Origin: Felis catus
Taxonomy: Eukaryota
Assembly (NCBI RefSeq): GCF_018350175.1
Contig: NC_058368.1
Location: 203,300,001-203,364,000 of the forward strand
Direction of reading: 5' to 3'
Length of the DNA: 64,000 bases
Shown here: piece by piece, positions 1 to 11,525 of the stretch
Layout of the letters: every line of letters starts with the position of its first letter
Position numbering within the stretch: position 1 is the first letter of the stretch
Position numbers and translations under genes: made by a program
The notes under the pieces: model-generated
What the model saw: the letters and a program-made list of their open reading frames with translations, nothing else
Told to the model about the DNA's origin: nothing
The model's database searches: none

Positions 1-170
1 TAATAGGCATTTAGGTTAATTTCTTTCTTGTATATTTTCTTACATTTTATCTTGTAGAATGTGAATTGCATCATCCTTCCTTGGTCATCTTTCTTGTATG
101 GAGTGTTTGTGGGGCAAATCCCTAAGGCAGGGTTATGGAGGCAAAGCACATGACTACTTCCATAGTTCCT
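1..170 (-). mobile_element. Old L1 (L1ME-like) fragment
   Basis: Degenerate resemblance to the antisense L1 3' region (ggcatttaggtt...aaatccctaaggcagggttatggaggcaaag). Confidence 0.4.
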
Positions 171-476
171 GGATGTATTAAGATAATCTAGTGTTAGAGA
201 ATAATAGAAAGGTTAGCAATCTTTTTGATGCTTCAATTTCCTCTTGAGTATAACTTCTACTGAAAAACAAAACAAATGTTGGTAAGAGAGCATTATAATT
301 TTCATAGTTCTAGTGATACTCATCACCCCTACAAGAGAGGCTGAGCTCTCAAGGCACTTAGAGAATTGCAAAATAGATTGCTAAATACTTGTCTGTTCAA
401 TTATTAGACTTGTGAAAAGATCACAGAAGACTGGAAACTAATAAATATCATCCTTGTCAAAAGGCGAGACATTTTA

Positions 477-711
477 TTTTTTTAAAAAAAAAATTTTTTT
501 TTCAACGTTTATTTATTTTTGGAACAGAGAGAGACAGAGCATGAACGGGGGGAGGGGGGGGGGTCAGAGAGAGGGAGACACAGAATCCGAAACAGGCTCC
601 AGGCTCTGAGCCATCAGCCCAGAGCCTGACGCGGGGCTCGAACTCACGGACCGCGAGATCGTGACCTGGCTGAAGTCGGACGCTTAACCGACTGCGCCAC
701 ACAGGCACCCC
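477..711 (-). mobile_element. SINEC_Fc (young felid SINE)
   Basis: Antisense SINEC body with T tail; TSD aaaaggcgagacatttta / aaaaggtgacacatttta. Confidence 0.95.
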
Positions 712-914
712 AAAAGGTGACACATTTTAACTTCTTTTAATTGGAAATCAAATAATTTGGTACTGAAGTAGGGCATGATGTTAGAACATGCATAGTAATT
801 TTACTGCATATATATACAAATATGATATATTATACATATCACATAATGGTGATGTATATTTTTGTGTGGAATATATATTATTATGTGTATTATTTATTAG
901 TATTATTATGTAAT

Positions 915-1170
915 GGTAGGTCTAGGATCTGCTGGCATGTCACATAACATAGGGTCCTTTGCACCTCTGTTCCAGGCTGAGGTGGGCTGTTGGTGCTCTT
1001 TAAGAGCCAAACACAAGGGCAGCCCCCTGCTGGGACAAGCCAGTTTTGTGGCAGAGGGAAAGAACAAGAGAGCTGATGGAACCAGGCAAGGCCTCTTGAA
1101 CATCTGCTCAAACATGGCACAGGTCCCACATCTGTGGGCAAGATGGCTGATGCTGTCACGGGAGGCACTC
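915..1170. mobile_element. MLT1J/K-like MaLR LTR fragment
   Basis: gaaagaacaagagagctgatggaacc...aaggcctcttgaacatctgctcaaacatggcaca resembles old MLT1 LTRs. Confidence 0.55.
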
Positions 1171-1249
1171 AGTCAAGTGATAACAGGATATATAACCTTC
1201 CTACAGCAAGCACAATTAAATATTTGGAAACACAAATGTAATCAAGCAC

Positions 1250-1400
1250 CCTTTATTTATTTAATTCAACAAATATATTTTGAATACATCCTATGCGGTA
1301 GGCACTGCACTGAGAGTCAGGGATTTAACTTTGATCTGAAGAGAGGTGTAGCTCCTACTCCAGGGGCGTTACATTCTAGAGTGGTAAGCATTTATAAAAT
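1250..1400 (-). mobile_element. L2 3' end
   Basis: attcaacaaatatattttgaatacatcctatgcggtaggcactg is an antisense L2 terminus. Confidence 0.65.
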
Positions 1401-1584
1401 CAATAAATTTTGTAAATAGCTATATACTTGTAATCATAACTCATGTTAAAATGCAGTAAAGAACATTAGAGAGGGCATGGTTTTTGTGTTAAAACATTTG
1501 GAAAACCGTCCATTGGGAGAGCTAAGAGACCGGGTCTATACGCTCTTAAAGACAAAAACAAGCACAAGGAAAGATGGAAAGTCC

Positions 1585-1780
1585 TGGGAAATAAAATTGG
1601 CTCAATGTAAGGAGGCACTGTGGAACAATTCTAAAGGTAGAATGGGATGCTTAAGAGGTAGTGAGCTTCCTATCACTTTAAGTGGTCAATGCCTTTTTGG
1701 TGATGACGTATAGGAAACTCTTGCTGTGGGACAAACAACTGAAATAGGTGTTTTAAAAATCTTTAGCACCTTAAGGTTAT
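1585..1780 (+). mobile_element. L3/CR1 3' fragment
   Basis: gaatgggatgcttaagaggtagtgagcttcctatcact resembles the L3 3' region. Confidence 0.55.
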
Positions 1781-1852
1781 TTACAAATGTGCAAACTTTA
1801 AGTAAATAAAATAATTTATAAAGGAGTTCTCCATTAAAAAAAAAAAAAGTAA

Positions 1853-2084
1853 GGGGCTCCTGGGTGGCTCAGTTGGTTTAAGCGTCCCACTTCGGCTCAG
1901 GTCATGATTTCACAGTTCATGAGTTCGAGCCCGGCATTGTGTCGGGCTCTGTGCTGACAGCTCAGAGCCTGGAGCCTGCTTCAGGTTCTGTGTCCCCCTC
2001 TTTCTTTGCCCCTCCCCCCACTCCCACTCTCTCTCTCTCTCTCTCAAAAATGAATAAACGTTAAAAAAATAATTAAAAAAAAAA
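1853..2084 (+). mobile_element. SINEC
   Basis: ggggctcctgggtggctcagttggtt head, (ct)n, A tail; TSD aaaaaaagtaa. Confidence 0.95.
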
Positions 2085-2949
2085 GTAAAATCATACAGTG
2101 CCTTGGAGTTTCTAGGTTAAAATGAAGCTGAGTCCCTAGTATCGAAAACTATATGGAGGAAAGCTACTGGATTTCATTTTCAAATGAACATTAAATTTAA
2201 CATTTTTCTATTTTCAGAGGCTTCTAATCATTTCTGTACTTTTCTACCAAAGAAGGAGATGTAAGATAGATTAGAAAACATGAATAGTGTTTTTGAATAA
2301 GACATGTTTACAATTTGATGTTTTCAATGTTGTCTACCAAACTTGCCAAGGAAAACTCTTCTGAATTTTTTTTTCATGATGAATGAGGACCCTGAGAATC
2401 TGATGGACCCCAATTTTCTGTAGAAAATAAACATGTCCACACTTGAACTTTTGAATATGTAACTCCATGTAATTTTACCGTGCAGAAGCCGGTACACGAT
2501 GTGGTCATTTTGTGGCACAAGCTTACTTTTGCAGCAATAACCCACGATCTGAAATGCACGTTTACTTCTTCATCTATTGATTTTTGTTTGAAAAAGATCA
2601 TCTCAGACAGAGAAGAATAAAAATTCAGACATGCTCAGATTTTTGCCCAGTTCTTCCAAGAGCAATTCATTAGTGGGATGTAATTATACCTAACCTTATA
2701 GCCCACTGCAAATATGTGCATAATCTAACAAGCTGGCTATTCCAGCAACTTCACTGGACTATGAGATCACCAACAGCATACATATATAGCTTGTGGCCAA
2801 ATTTGAAGGACTTCAATAGTTGAAGATACCGCAGAAGTTCACAGAATATATCACCTACGTGTTCAGCGGGTTCTAACCACGGTACAGGATTTGCATTCTG
2901 ATATGTGCTGGAGACATATGTGTAATGATGAGTGCACACACTGACTGTG

Positions 2950-3140
2950 CTCTCATTTACTACGTCCAGGCACTGCTCTCTGCATTAATGTGTATTAATC
3001 CCATTTGGTATAATAATGAGTCTATGTAGAAAGCACAATTAAATTCCCTGTTTTTACAGATATGAATGCTAAGGCATACACAGTTTAAATAGTTAGCTGA
3101 CATTTACACTATTAGGAAATGGCAGAGCCTGGATATAGCC
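2950..3140 (-). mobile_element. MIR
   Basis: Core ttttacagatatgaatgctaaggc...ggcagagcctggat. Confidence 0.65.
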
Positions 3141-3420
3141 TGGTAAAAAGCATTTGGAGTTCCAGGGGAGAAAATCAAGTTCTAATGTTTTGCTCCTTTG
3201 CTTGCTGCTTATGACCTAACAGGCAAGTTGTAGAAACCCTCTCACATAGAGCACCTGACTTAGAGGGAGATTTCTACCCACCTGCCATTTTAAGACTTGT
3301 GAATTTTCAAACACCTCTTAAAATTACTAAGGAAAAGCTCAAAAGCAGTACTTCATAAGTACTTATAAAATGAAAAGTGACACAACTAAATTTCAAGTGT
3401 CTTTTGGCTTCTTTAAAGAA

Positions 3421-3580
3421 GCGCCCAGTCAGGGTTTTGTGAATTCGAGCCCCATGTCAGGCTCTGAACTGGCAGCACGGAGCCTGCTTGGGATTCTCTC
3501 TCTCCAGATCTCTCTGCCCCTCCCCGACTCATGCTGTCTCTCTCTCTAAATAATTTAATAAAAAAACAAGCAAAAAAAAA
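3421..3580 (+). mobile_element. SINEC, 5'-truncated or internally deleted
   Basis: ttcgagccccatgtcaggctctg...ggagcctgcttgggattctctc plus A-rich tail. Confidence 0.85.
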
Positions 3581-4024
3581 ATGTTTACATGTCCAGTGAG
3601 TTACAAAAGTACTGTGCAAAGGACTCTGTAAATTGGAAATCACCTTGCAAATGTTCGCTGTTATTGCTACCACTGTGCTTCTTGTTTAGGGGTTCATACT
3701 GATGAGACATGGTCAAATATTTTAATACCTTGCTATTATGTAAGCCTTTACTGGTCCAGTCTCAATTTCAGATTTTAATAAATGATATCATATATACGAA
3801 CTAAAATCCAGAAAACGTTGTGAAGCATTTTTCATTAACTGAATAATGTATTTCTATTCCTTCTAAGCAACCAAATTCATCTACCCCATTAAAAGAGAAA
3901 GCTAGGAAATTGAACCTAAATCTCCTCCAAGCTTATAATCTCAGTCCTCTCCTCTGTCACTAGAACACAAGCTGCTATCATACCCCAATCATTATCTGAG
4001 TGATTTGACTTCAGGACTTAGTTT

Positions 4025-4200
4025 TGGACTCAGACAGACATGGAATCAAACCTGCCTTGGCTATATATTAGCTGTGTGATCTACACAAACTAATTCATTT
4101 CCCTGACTCCCAATTTATTAACCTATAAAATAAGAACAAGAACACTGAATTCTCATGGATTATTAGGAATGTGAATGAAAAAATAGCATTAAGTAATAGG
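4025..4200 (+). mobile_element. MIR
   Basis: ggactcagacagacatggaatcaaacct...tagctgtgtgatct. Confidence 0.6.
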
Positions 4201-4206
4201 AATAAA

Positions 4207-4411
4207 TTTTTTTTAATGTTTGTTTTTGAGAGAGACAGAGCACAAGTGGGGAGTGGGGACAGAGAGACAGAGGGAGACACAGAATCCAAAGCAGGCTCCA
4301 GGCTCTGAGCTGTCAGCACAGAATCCGACATGGGGCTCAAACCCACAAACTGCAAGATCATGACCTGAGCAGAAGTTGGAAGCTTAACTGACTGAGCCAC
4401 CCAGGGGCCCC
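4207..4411 (-). mobile_element. SINEC
   Basis: Antisense SINEC; TSD aggaataaattt. Confidence 0.95.
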
Positions 4412-5084
4412 AGGAATAAATTTGTAATCTGGTGCTTGAGATTGTCATTATTACAGAATGTCATCCTTAAGGTGTCAATATGACATTCTAATTACTTTTT
4501 TTTCTGACCCAAATTAGAAGATCTCTTTAAAATGGCATATAAACCTTCCTACCTTCCTAAAACGTAAGATGAGAAACCATAACCATCAAGTTGACTGGTG
4601 GATAATGCTGACAATAGAGTATCTGTTATTTTTTTAGCTGGAAAAGTCAGTTCACTTACTCCCTTTACAAAAAGCATTAGAAAATAAGTATCACGACAAT
4701 ATATTATTCTAAATATGATATCTAAAAACAAATAAATAAATACAATATCTAGAATTAACTTATAATATTTGGATCTCAGTTCAGTCAGAAGCCTGAAATT
4801 TAAAGCCTAACAAATTTCCTAGGAGTTTGCATTTATTTAGTGAACAATGGGCTTTTTTTCTCTAAGGGTAAAAATAAATGTTCAGACAAATCTCACATAG
4901 ATTCTAGGATTGATATCATGTCATACAGAATATTTATATGGAAATAGTGTTAGCTAGTTAAATTCATGGGAATTCAGAAAGAATTCTGCCAAATGCAAAA
5001 TACTGAGTAACACTCAAATACTCAAAATACTGAGTGCAGTTCATTCTTCTTGCCCCTAAATTTTAAAGGAGCAGTCTACAATGA

Positions 5085-5225
5085 GATTGAACTTAAGAGT
5101 CACCTGGAGAGTTTCTGAACCTCCCCAGAACCAGACCATACCCAAGACCACTCAGATCAGGCATCAGTGATCTTTAAAGTTCCTAGATGACTCCAATGTG
5201 TATCCAAGGCTGAGAATCTCTGTTT
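5085..5225. mobile_element. MER5A-like hAT-Charlie DNA transposon
   Basis: agtcacctggagagttt...ttaaagttcctagatgactccaatgtgtatccaaggctgagaatctctg. Confidence 0.65.
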
Positions 5226-5745
5226 TAAGGCAATTTCGTTCTTGTTTTTGCCTCCAACCTGTTTTATGATAAGCACATGAGAAAAAAATTTGCAGAAAAC
5301 CAAGGTAAAGTACTATTCAAGAGGAAACGTCCCCAACTAAATATTTTAGAATCAGCCCTTTCAGAAAAGCTTATGTAAAATTCTAAAGGCATTAATTTTT
5401 TTCCAGAAGTAATTGGTGGATAGTAAGGGGGTTTCAACACAGATTTCACATGATGTCAGCATCACCCCATGTCACCACTTTAAAAGATGACGGAATCATC
5501 TGCTTCCATTTTTCTACTGATAAAAACCTCATGTCAGAAGTGGAGCCTGATGCCCTGAGCCTCATTTAGCCATAAACATGGGAAATGGCAGGCAATTCTG
5601 ATGGAGGTTTAAGAAAACCCAAACCACTATGTACAGCTCTTTGGCCTCAATGCAAATAAACAAGGATTCATTTGTGCCCAGTTGGTATCTGATGGGCCCA
5701 TTTTGGAATGCTCTCAAAATGTGTGCGGCACCAAGAAATGCAGCT

Positions 5746-6020
5746 GCCGCCAGTTAGCTCTGTCGGTTGGAGCGCAGTAACTAATGAGGCCAAGGTTGTG
5801 GGTTTGGCCAGTTTGAATTCCTCTGTTCCATGGCCACAGACTTTACCACTAGCCTCAGACAGCTGTCCACAAAATATGTGCCCTTGGCCACAAAGCAGAG
5901 TGGGTGAGAAAGTGCAGACAAACCAATTCAAATCTATCACCACAACTAGAAAAACAGCTCAGAGCACATGCCCAGCTGACTATAGATGTATTGCATCATC
6001 TTCATGCATGATGTACAACA
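5746..6020 (+). mobile_element. MamSINE1-like ancient tRNA-derived SINE
   Basis: tRNA-Ile-like head (gccagttagctctgtcggttggagcgcagtaactaatgaggccaaggttgtgggttt) followed by a body I recall as MamSINE1 (ctctgttccatggccacagac...aaatctatcaccacaactagaaaaacagctcagagcacatgccc). Confidence 0.8.
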
Positions 6021-6237
6021 AGCTACTCCAACCAGTTGTGATTTTATTGGCAGCCATTTCAGTGCTGTCTATGGGCGGTTGATATTCTGTATGTCCGTGT
6101 ATATGCTTTTAGAATAGGCTTAGAAGCAGTAGTTATAATTTTGTTGTAAATCTCACCAAAAACACATTTTACAAGAACAGAGGACAGACATTTCACCTTA
6201 CTTAATCTTTTCCCTTCTCACTTTTGTTTGGCTTTAG

Positions 6238-6294
6238 AGCTTAAATGGTTCCAAGACCACACTGTACAAATGAATCTCGACCTACTGACCACTG
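6238..6294 (+). other. Candidate exon (57 nt) of a pseudogene or lncRNA
   Basis: Branch-like cttaat, pyrimidine tract, tttag acceptor, CTG|gtaagc donor; open only in phase 1: (E)LKWFQDHTVQMNLDLLTT. Confidence 0.45.
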
Positions 6295-6363
6295 GTAAGC
6301 TCAGGAGTTTCTTCTTCTTAGACCCTGATTTGGTTGTGTGCCTTCTTCCTTTACCTTTTACAG

Positions 6364-6471
6364 GACTTTCTTCACTTTGGCACCTTAGTCTTCTGTCAAG
6401 TTGAATCGTCGTCTGGACCAACTCAACTTTTATATGATGAGAGGAAATCTCACAAAGCAAATTACACATTG
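6364..6471 (+). other. Candidate exon (108 nt) of a pseudogene or lncRNA
   Basis: Branch ctgat, ccttcttcctttaccttttacag acceptor, consensus TG|gtaagt donor. Confidence 0.5.
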
Positions 6472-7759
6472 GTAAGTAATTTGCTAGTACTCGGGGTACT
6501 TATTTGTATTGGTTAACTGTTACTATTGTAAAGGCCACTTTAAATGAACATTTTTATATCGTACACATTGCATGGTTAGTGCTCCAGGGGAATATAGTCT
6601 GACTTATGCCAAAAGAAGGGGAGAATACACAGGCAATTTTTATGTAGATATAAATAGCCACGTAAATATTATAATCCATTTTGACTTGTAAAGAAGTTTT
6701 AAAGAAGTTCAATACACACTCAGGCACACACACATATCTACTTCTAATATAATTTAAGAAATAAGAGCTATGTATAGTGATTTGGATAATACTCTTAAAA
6801 ATGAGTGGAAAAACCTATGCTTTATGTTTTTTGTTAATGTGTATATTGGTCTAACTTTGCAAATTTCCACAATAAAACACAGATCATAAAAAAAGTAGGT
6901 TGAATTATTATTACTCATAATTCTAAATTAAGAGATAATGACCTTGTTATGAACATTAACTATAAAATGAATTGGATCTTATTCCTTTTGCCATTTTCCA
7001 GAATTGCATTTGTAAAACGTGAGGAAGTCCAATTAGACAGCCTATTTGTTATTATTCCTATTCTCCAAAGTTGCATTTCTTTTTTTTTTTTTCTAAAGTT
7101 GCATTTCTACTGAACTTTGTAGTTTGGTTTTAATGGGAGAAATGCTAGTGATATTAAATTGAAAAAATGAGAATATGGGGTGAATATTAAGCTTGTGGAT
7201 GGTTATATAACTTTAAAATAGCATGAGTATAAAATAATTTCAGGCTAGTAAAATTTTTAAGTCGTGGCAAACAGACCGAGCGTGGCAAACAGACGAGCTT
7301 ATCAAGAATGTACTCCCCATGATTCAACTTGTAATCTCTTATAGTCCCACTTTCCTTAATTAATATATGAACAAAATGTTACTGAGAAGCTAGTGCATGC
7401 AATAATTCTGTCATGTGCAGGAAATACAAGCTGATTACAAAAAGGTCTCTTCCCTCCAATTTAATATCCAAACAATATCCAATTTAAAACAGCATGCAAT
7501 TCACGGTGAGTTCTACAATAAAGGCATGTACAGGGGACAGTGGTGCCCCCAGGAGTACTACTGGTCTTTCCAGGGAGATGGAGTAAAGGCCCCGCAGACA
7601 CAATTCTTGAAATATCATTTCTAACAATAAGTTGTAGGTAAGTATTGAAAGTTAGAGTCAAACTGTACAGTGGTTCAGAACCCACCGTGTTCTCATCCAC
7701 AAACCTTGATTCAATCCTTGGCTCTGCTATACCCCCAGCTGTATGGTCTCTCCCATCTG

Positions 7760-8626
7760 TGCTGTGTTGTCACTCATTTTTCCAAAGTAATATTCTTTAT
7801 AACCCTGGTTTCAATGACCATGTGTTCATAAATGATCTTCAAATCTACGTCTCTCACCGATTTCCCTTTACTGAACTGCACACCCTATATCTGATTACCT
7901 ATTATACACTTCCACTTAAATATCCCTTAGACAAGTTAAGCTTAATTTGTCCAAAATTAAATTTATCACCATTCCCAATACACATGATTGTTTTCCTTTT
8001 CTTATTTTTTCTCCTCACTTGATAAATGAGTCTACCACACAACCAATCACATAAACAGGAGACCTGGGATCATTCCAGTAGTTTTCCTTCTTCACCCCTC
8101 ACCACAGAGCTTTTCTCTGGATTCTGTCTCACTCATCTATCTAATATGTATACTCCTCTCCTTTCATACCACTTAAACCTTAGTTGATCTGTTTGGGGGC
8201 TGGGAAGGGGCAAAGGTAGATTGCTGCGATACCCTCTACTCTTCCACTTCTTAAGTCTTCTTTGTTCCTTGGTAGATACCTACAATAGCCTCCAAGTTTT
8301 CTGCCTCTGGTCTATTCTCATCTCCCATGTCTTCTCTTCACTGCTTCCAGAGTCATCCTTCTAAAACACTAATTTTATCATGTCATTCTTCAACTTACAA
8401 TCCTTCTTATGTCCTTGCAGATAAAATTTGAACTACTTTCTAAGACCCTTTATAATTTTGCCTCCGACCTCTTCTCCAGCTTTGTCTCTTTATTACTCTT
8501 CCATTTCTTCCATTAAACACCTTTTCTCTGCCAAGGGAGAATTACTTACATTTCTCTAAATGTACTAGTCTCTTACATTCTAACCCTCTCTGTCTGCCTG
8601 TCTGTCTCTCCTCCACACAGACATAG

Positions 8627-8673
<47 letters not shown>

Positions 8674-9025
8674 CACACACACACACTACACATTTCTGCA
8701 CCTGCTGTTTCCTATAAGTGCACTGCAACCTGCTGTTTCCAAGTACGGTATTCTTCCCACACCCTTCTAAATGTGATGAACTCTTATCTGACCTTCATCA
8801 CATAGGTCAATCTTCTGGGAAGCCTTTCTTGTTGGCTTCTCTCATTTCCTTTCTGAACCAACTGGGTTAAGTTCCCTTTGCTGTTCATACGTGGCTGTAA
8901 TTATTTCCTTTTCCAATTCCTCTGCCAGACATCAAGCAATTTAAATGCATCCCTGGTCTAAATATCTACAGCAATAAACATTGCACTCAGCACATAGCAA
9001 TAACTTAATAAACATTTCCTGAAAT
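7760..9025 (+). mobile_element. L2 LINE fragment
   Basis: Long C/T-rich degenerate L2 ending in gcacatagcaataacttaataaacatttcctgaaatgaa. Confidence 0.7.
8629..8685. repeat. (CA)n microsatellite
   Basis: Read directly. Confidence 0.95.
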
Positions 9026-9197
9026 GAAGTTCAAGACAACTCACTTGGTCACTGTATCTTTTTCAGATGAATTCTTCTCCTTCTAAGCCTCTTCCTTGGC
9101 TCACCTGCTGGCCCCCTCCTATCTTTTTCAGTGCCACCACATATCCCTCCTAAACAACCTTCTCTGCTGCAAGCTTCTTTCATGTTTGCTTTGTCTA

Positions 9198-9670
9198 CAA
9201 TAGTGCTTCTCACATGGGGATGGTTTTGTCCCTCAGGTGATACTGGGAAATATCTGGAGACATCTGTGATTGTCACAACTGAGATGGGGGTATGCTACTA
9301 GCACCTAGAGGATAGAGATCAAGGAAGCTGGTAAACATCCTACCATGCAGAGGACATCCTCCCACAATAAAGAATTAGCAGGTTCAGGGGCCCCTGGGTG
9401 GCTCAGTTGGTTAAGCACCTACTTCGGCTCAGGTCACCATATCACACTTCATGCGTTCGAGCCCCATGTCAGGCTTGCTGCTGTCAGCACAGAGCCTGCT
9501 TCAGATCCTATGCAGCACTCTCTCTCTCCCCCTCCCCTGCTTGTGCTCTCTTTCTCAAAAATAAAATAAAATTAATAAAATTAAAGAATTTTTTTCTAAA
9601 AATTTTTTTTTCTAAAAAAAAGAATGATCAGGTTCAAAATGTCAATAGTGCCAAGGCTGAGAAACACTGG
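9198..9670 (+). mobile_element. MER20 DNA transposon split by a SINEC
   Basis: tctggagacatctgtgattgtcacaactg...aaacatcctaccatgcagaggaca before the SINE; aaaatgtcaatagtgccaaggctgagaaacactg after it. Confidence 0.85.
9387..9620 (+). mobile_element. SINEC inside MER20
   Basis: Typical body; TSD aaagaattagcaggttca / aaagaatgatcaggttca. Confidence 0.95.
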
Positions 9671-10028
9671 CCTATAGTAGATGAATAAACAGGCCACCTA
9701 TCAGTCTGCAGGTCTATGAAGCATGCCTTCAGGTGACACGGAAAACATGGCCACTAAAAATTGACCACAACCGGTCAGCAGTCCATCTGCTAGGCTGTGA
9801 AGAGCAGAGCTGGTGCACGGGCCTCAGACTTCAGCATCCTGTCATGTGATCTAGAAGGCAGTGTCCCAAAAGTCAGTGACAGTGCACAGGACAGAAAGGC
9901 GAGATTTCACATAAGCAAAGTGAAAAGAAAAGTGCCTGTCTTGACTCTGTAGCCACACACCAATAAGACTTCCGATAGCAATGTCTTTGACCACAGACAT
10001 TGACGATTTTAAAATGTGTTTGTTACAG

Positions 10029-10129
10029 ATGAAATAATATCTCTGTGGCAGGAAGGAATTAATGAGACGCCGGGGAGTAACTCAGGTGCTATAGAAAATG
10101 ATGCTCAGTCATCTCAGGAAATCAGTTAG
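10029..10129 (+). other. Candidate terminal exon-like block
   Basis: tgtgtttgttacag acceptor; phase-1 frame (D)EIISLWQEGINETPGSNSGAIENDAQSSQEIS*. Confidence 0.25.
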
Positions 10130-10380
10130 AATTGGCTAGTTGCTATCTTTATAATTCGAATTTTACTATAGAATTTGGTATCCCAAGGATTTACTGACCT
10201 GGCTCTGTTTTCCACCCCTCTTTTTGCTGAAATGATTTGCAAGTAAAGAGAAGTAACTAGGGACAAAAAATATTAGATTTTATTTTTCAAATTAACCTTA
10301 GCCAACATGAATTTAGTAGGAAATTGGGCTACGGATTTACATGTTAAGTTGCCAAGTATTAAACCTGTCCTGGTTTCTTA

Positions 10381-10610
10381 TTAAAAAAAATTTTTTTAAG
10401 TGTATTTATTTTCAGAGATACAGAGAAAGAGTGAGCAGGGGAGGGGCAGAGAGAGGGGGAGAAAGAGAGAGAATCCCAAGTAGGCTCTGCGCTGGCAGCA
10501 CAGAGCCTGATGTGGGGCTTGAACTCATGAACTCATGAACAACCATGAGATCGTGACCTGAGCCTAAATCAAGAGTCGGACGCTTAATGCACTGAGCCAC
10601 TCAGCCACCT
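10381..10610 (-). mobile_element. SINEC
   Basis: Antisense SINEC body. Confidence 0.95.
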
Positions 10611-11316
10611 CCTAGCTTCTTATTTAAGAAACAACACAATATCTGCTTTAACTTGTGAGTGAGACAGTGGTGAACGGCCTGTTCAACACTGTGAGGGACA
10701 GTAAGAAACAAAGCATTAGGATATTGTGAAAATATGTTTGTTCTGGGAATGGTGTAGTTGTCAAAATTCACACTGCAAAAAAAGTTGGCACATGAAGTTT
10801 TGGGGTAAGAAATGTTACCCTGAAGAGGATTAAGCCTCCTGGGGCTTTTCCAGAGCATCAGTTTTATAACATCTGTTTTTAATTTCTGTATATTCTATTT
10901 CCCTGGAAACTTAAAAAAAAACTCCAAATTTAACATAAACTGACCCTTTTGTAGCTTATTTTTTTTAACAACTCCCAGATCATCATTGCTTTCAAATAGA
11001 CTTTCAAAGATTTTTTTCTTTTTCTGAATGACAATGAATTGTAATGTAACTTTCTAAAACCAGTTTCAAAAAGTTAAACTCCATTAGTTCAAATTACTTC
11101 AGTTCCTAACTGATACTAATTTAGAAGTCATCACCCATGTAGGTAAACTCTATATCAGAGGAGCTTTTGAAATGGAAGGATTTAGTCATTTGAAATCTGA
11201 AAAAAAAAATCTTGAAAGCTAAAAAATACCCATCAACCGATAATTCATTGCATCTTCATTGACAAGAATCTAAGTGACAAGATACCAGAAAGAAACCTGT
11301 AAAAATAAACAAGCAT

Positions 11317-11525
11317 GGGGCACCTGGGTGGCTCACTCGGTTAAGCATCTTGACTTCAGCTCAGGTCATGATCTCAGGGTTCAAGGGTTAGAGCTCCGCA
11401 TCAGGCTCTTTGCTTTCAGCACAGAGCCGTTTCGGATTCTCTGTCCCCCTCTGTCTTTTCCCCTCCTCCACTCATTCTTGCTCTCTCTCTCCCCTCCTCA
11501 AAAATAAATAAATATTTAATAAAAG
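11317..11525 (+). mobile_element. SINEC
   Basis: Typical body; TSD aataaacaagca. Confidence 0.95.

Noticed and set aside
502..723. Recurrent peptides such as WRSRLSVRLQPGHDLAVREFEPRVRLWADGSEPGACF (also 26317, 46519 and others)
   Set aside because: These are translations of SINEC copies, not a gene family.
913..1419. Longest ORF (168 aa)
   Set aside because: Runs through MLT1 LTR and L2 fragments; no recognisable protein.
5746..5815. tRNA-Ile-like sequence
   Set aside because: Degenerate, lacks an intact T-arm/B-box, and continues into a MamSINE1 body, so it is not a tRNA gene.
7263..7298. 18-bp tandem duplication cgtggcaaacagac(c)gag
   Set aside because: A small slippage duplication with no further structure.
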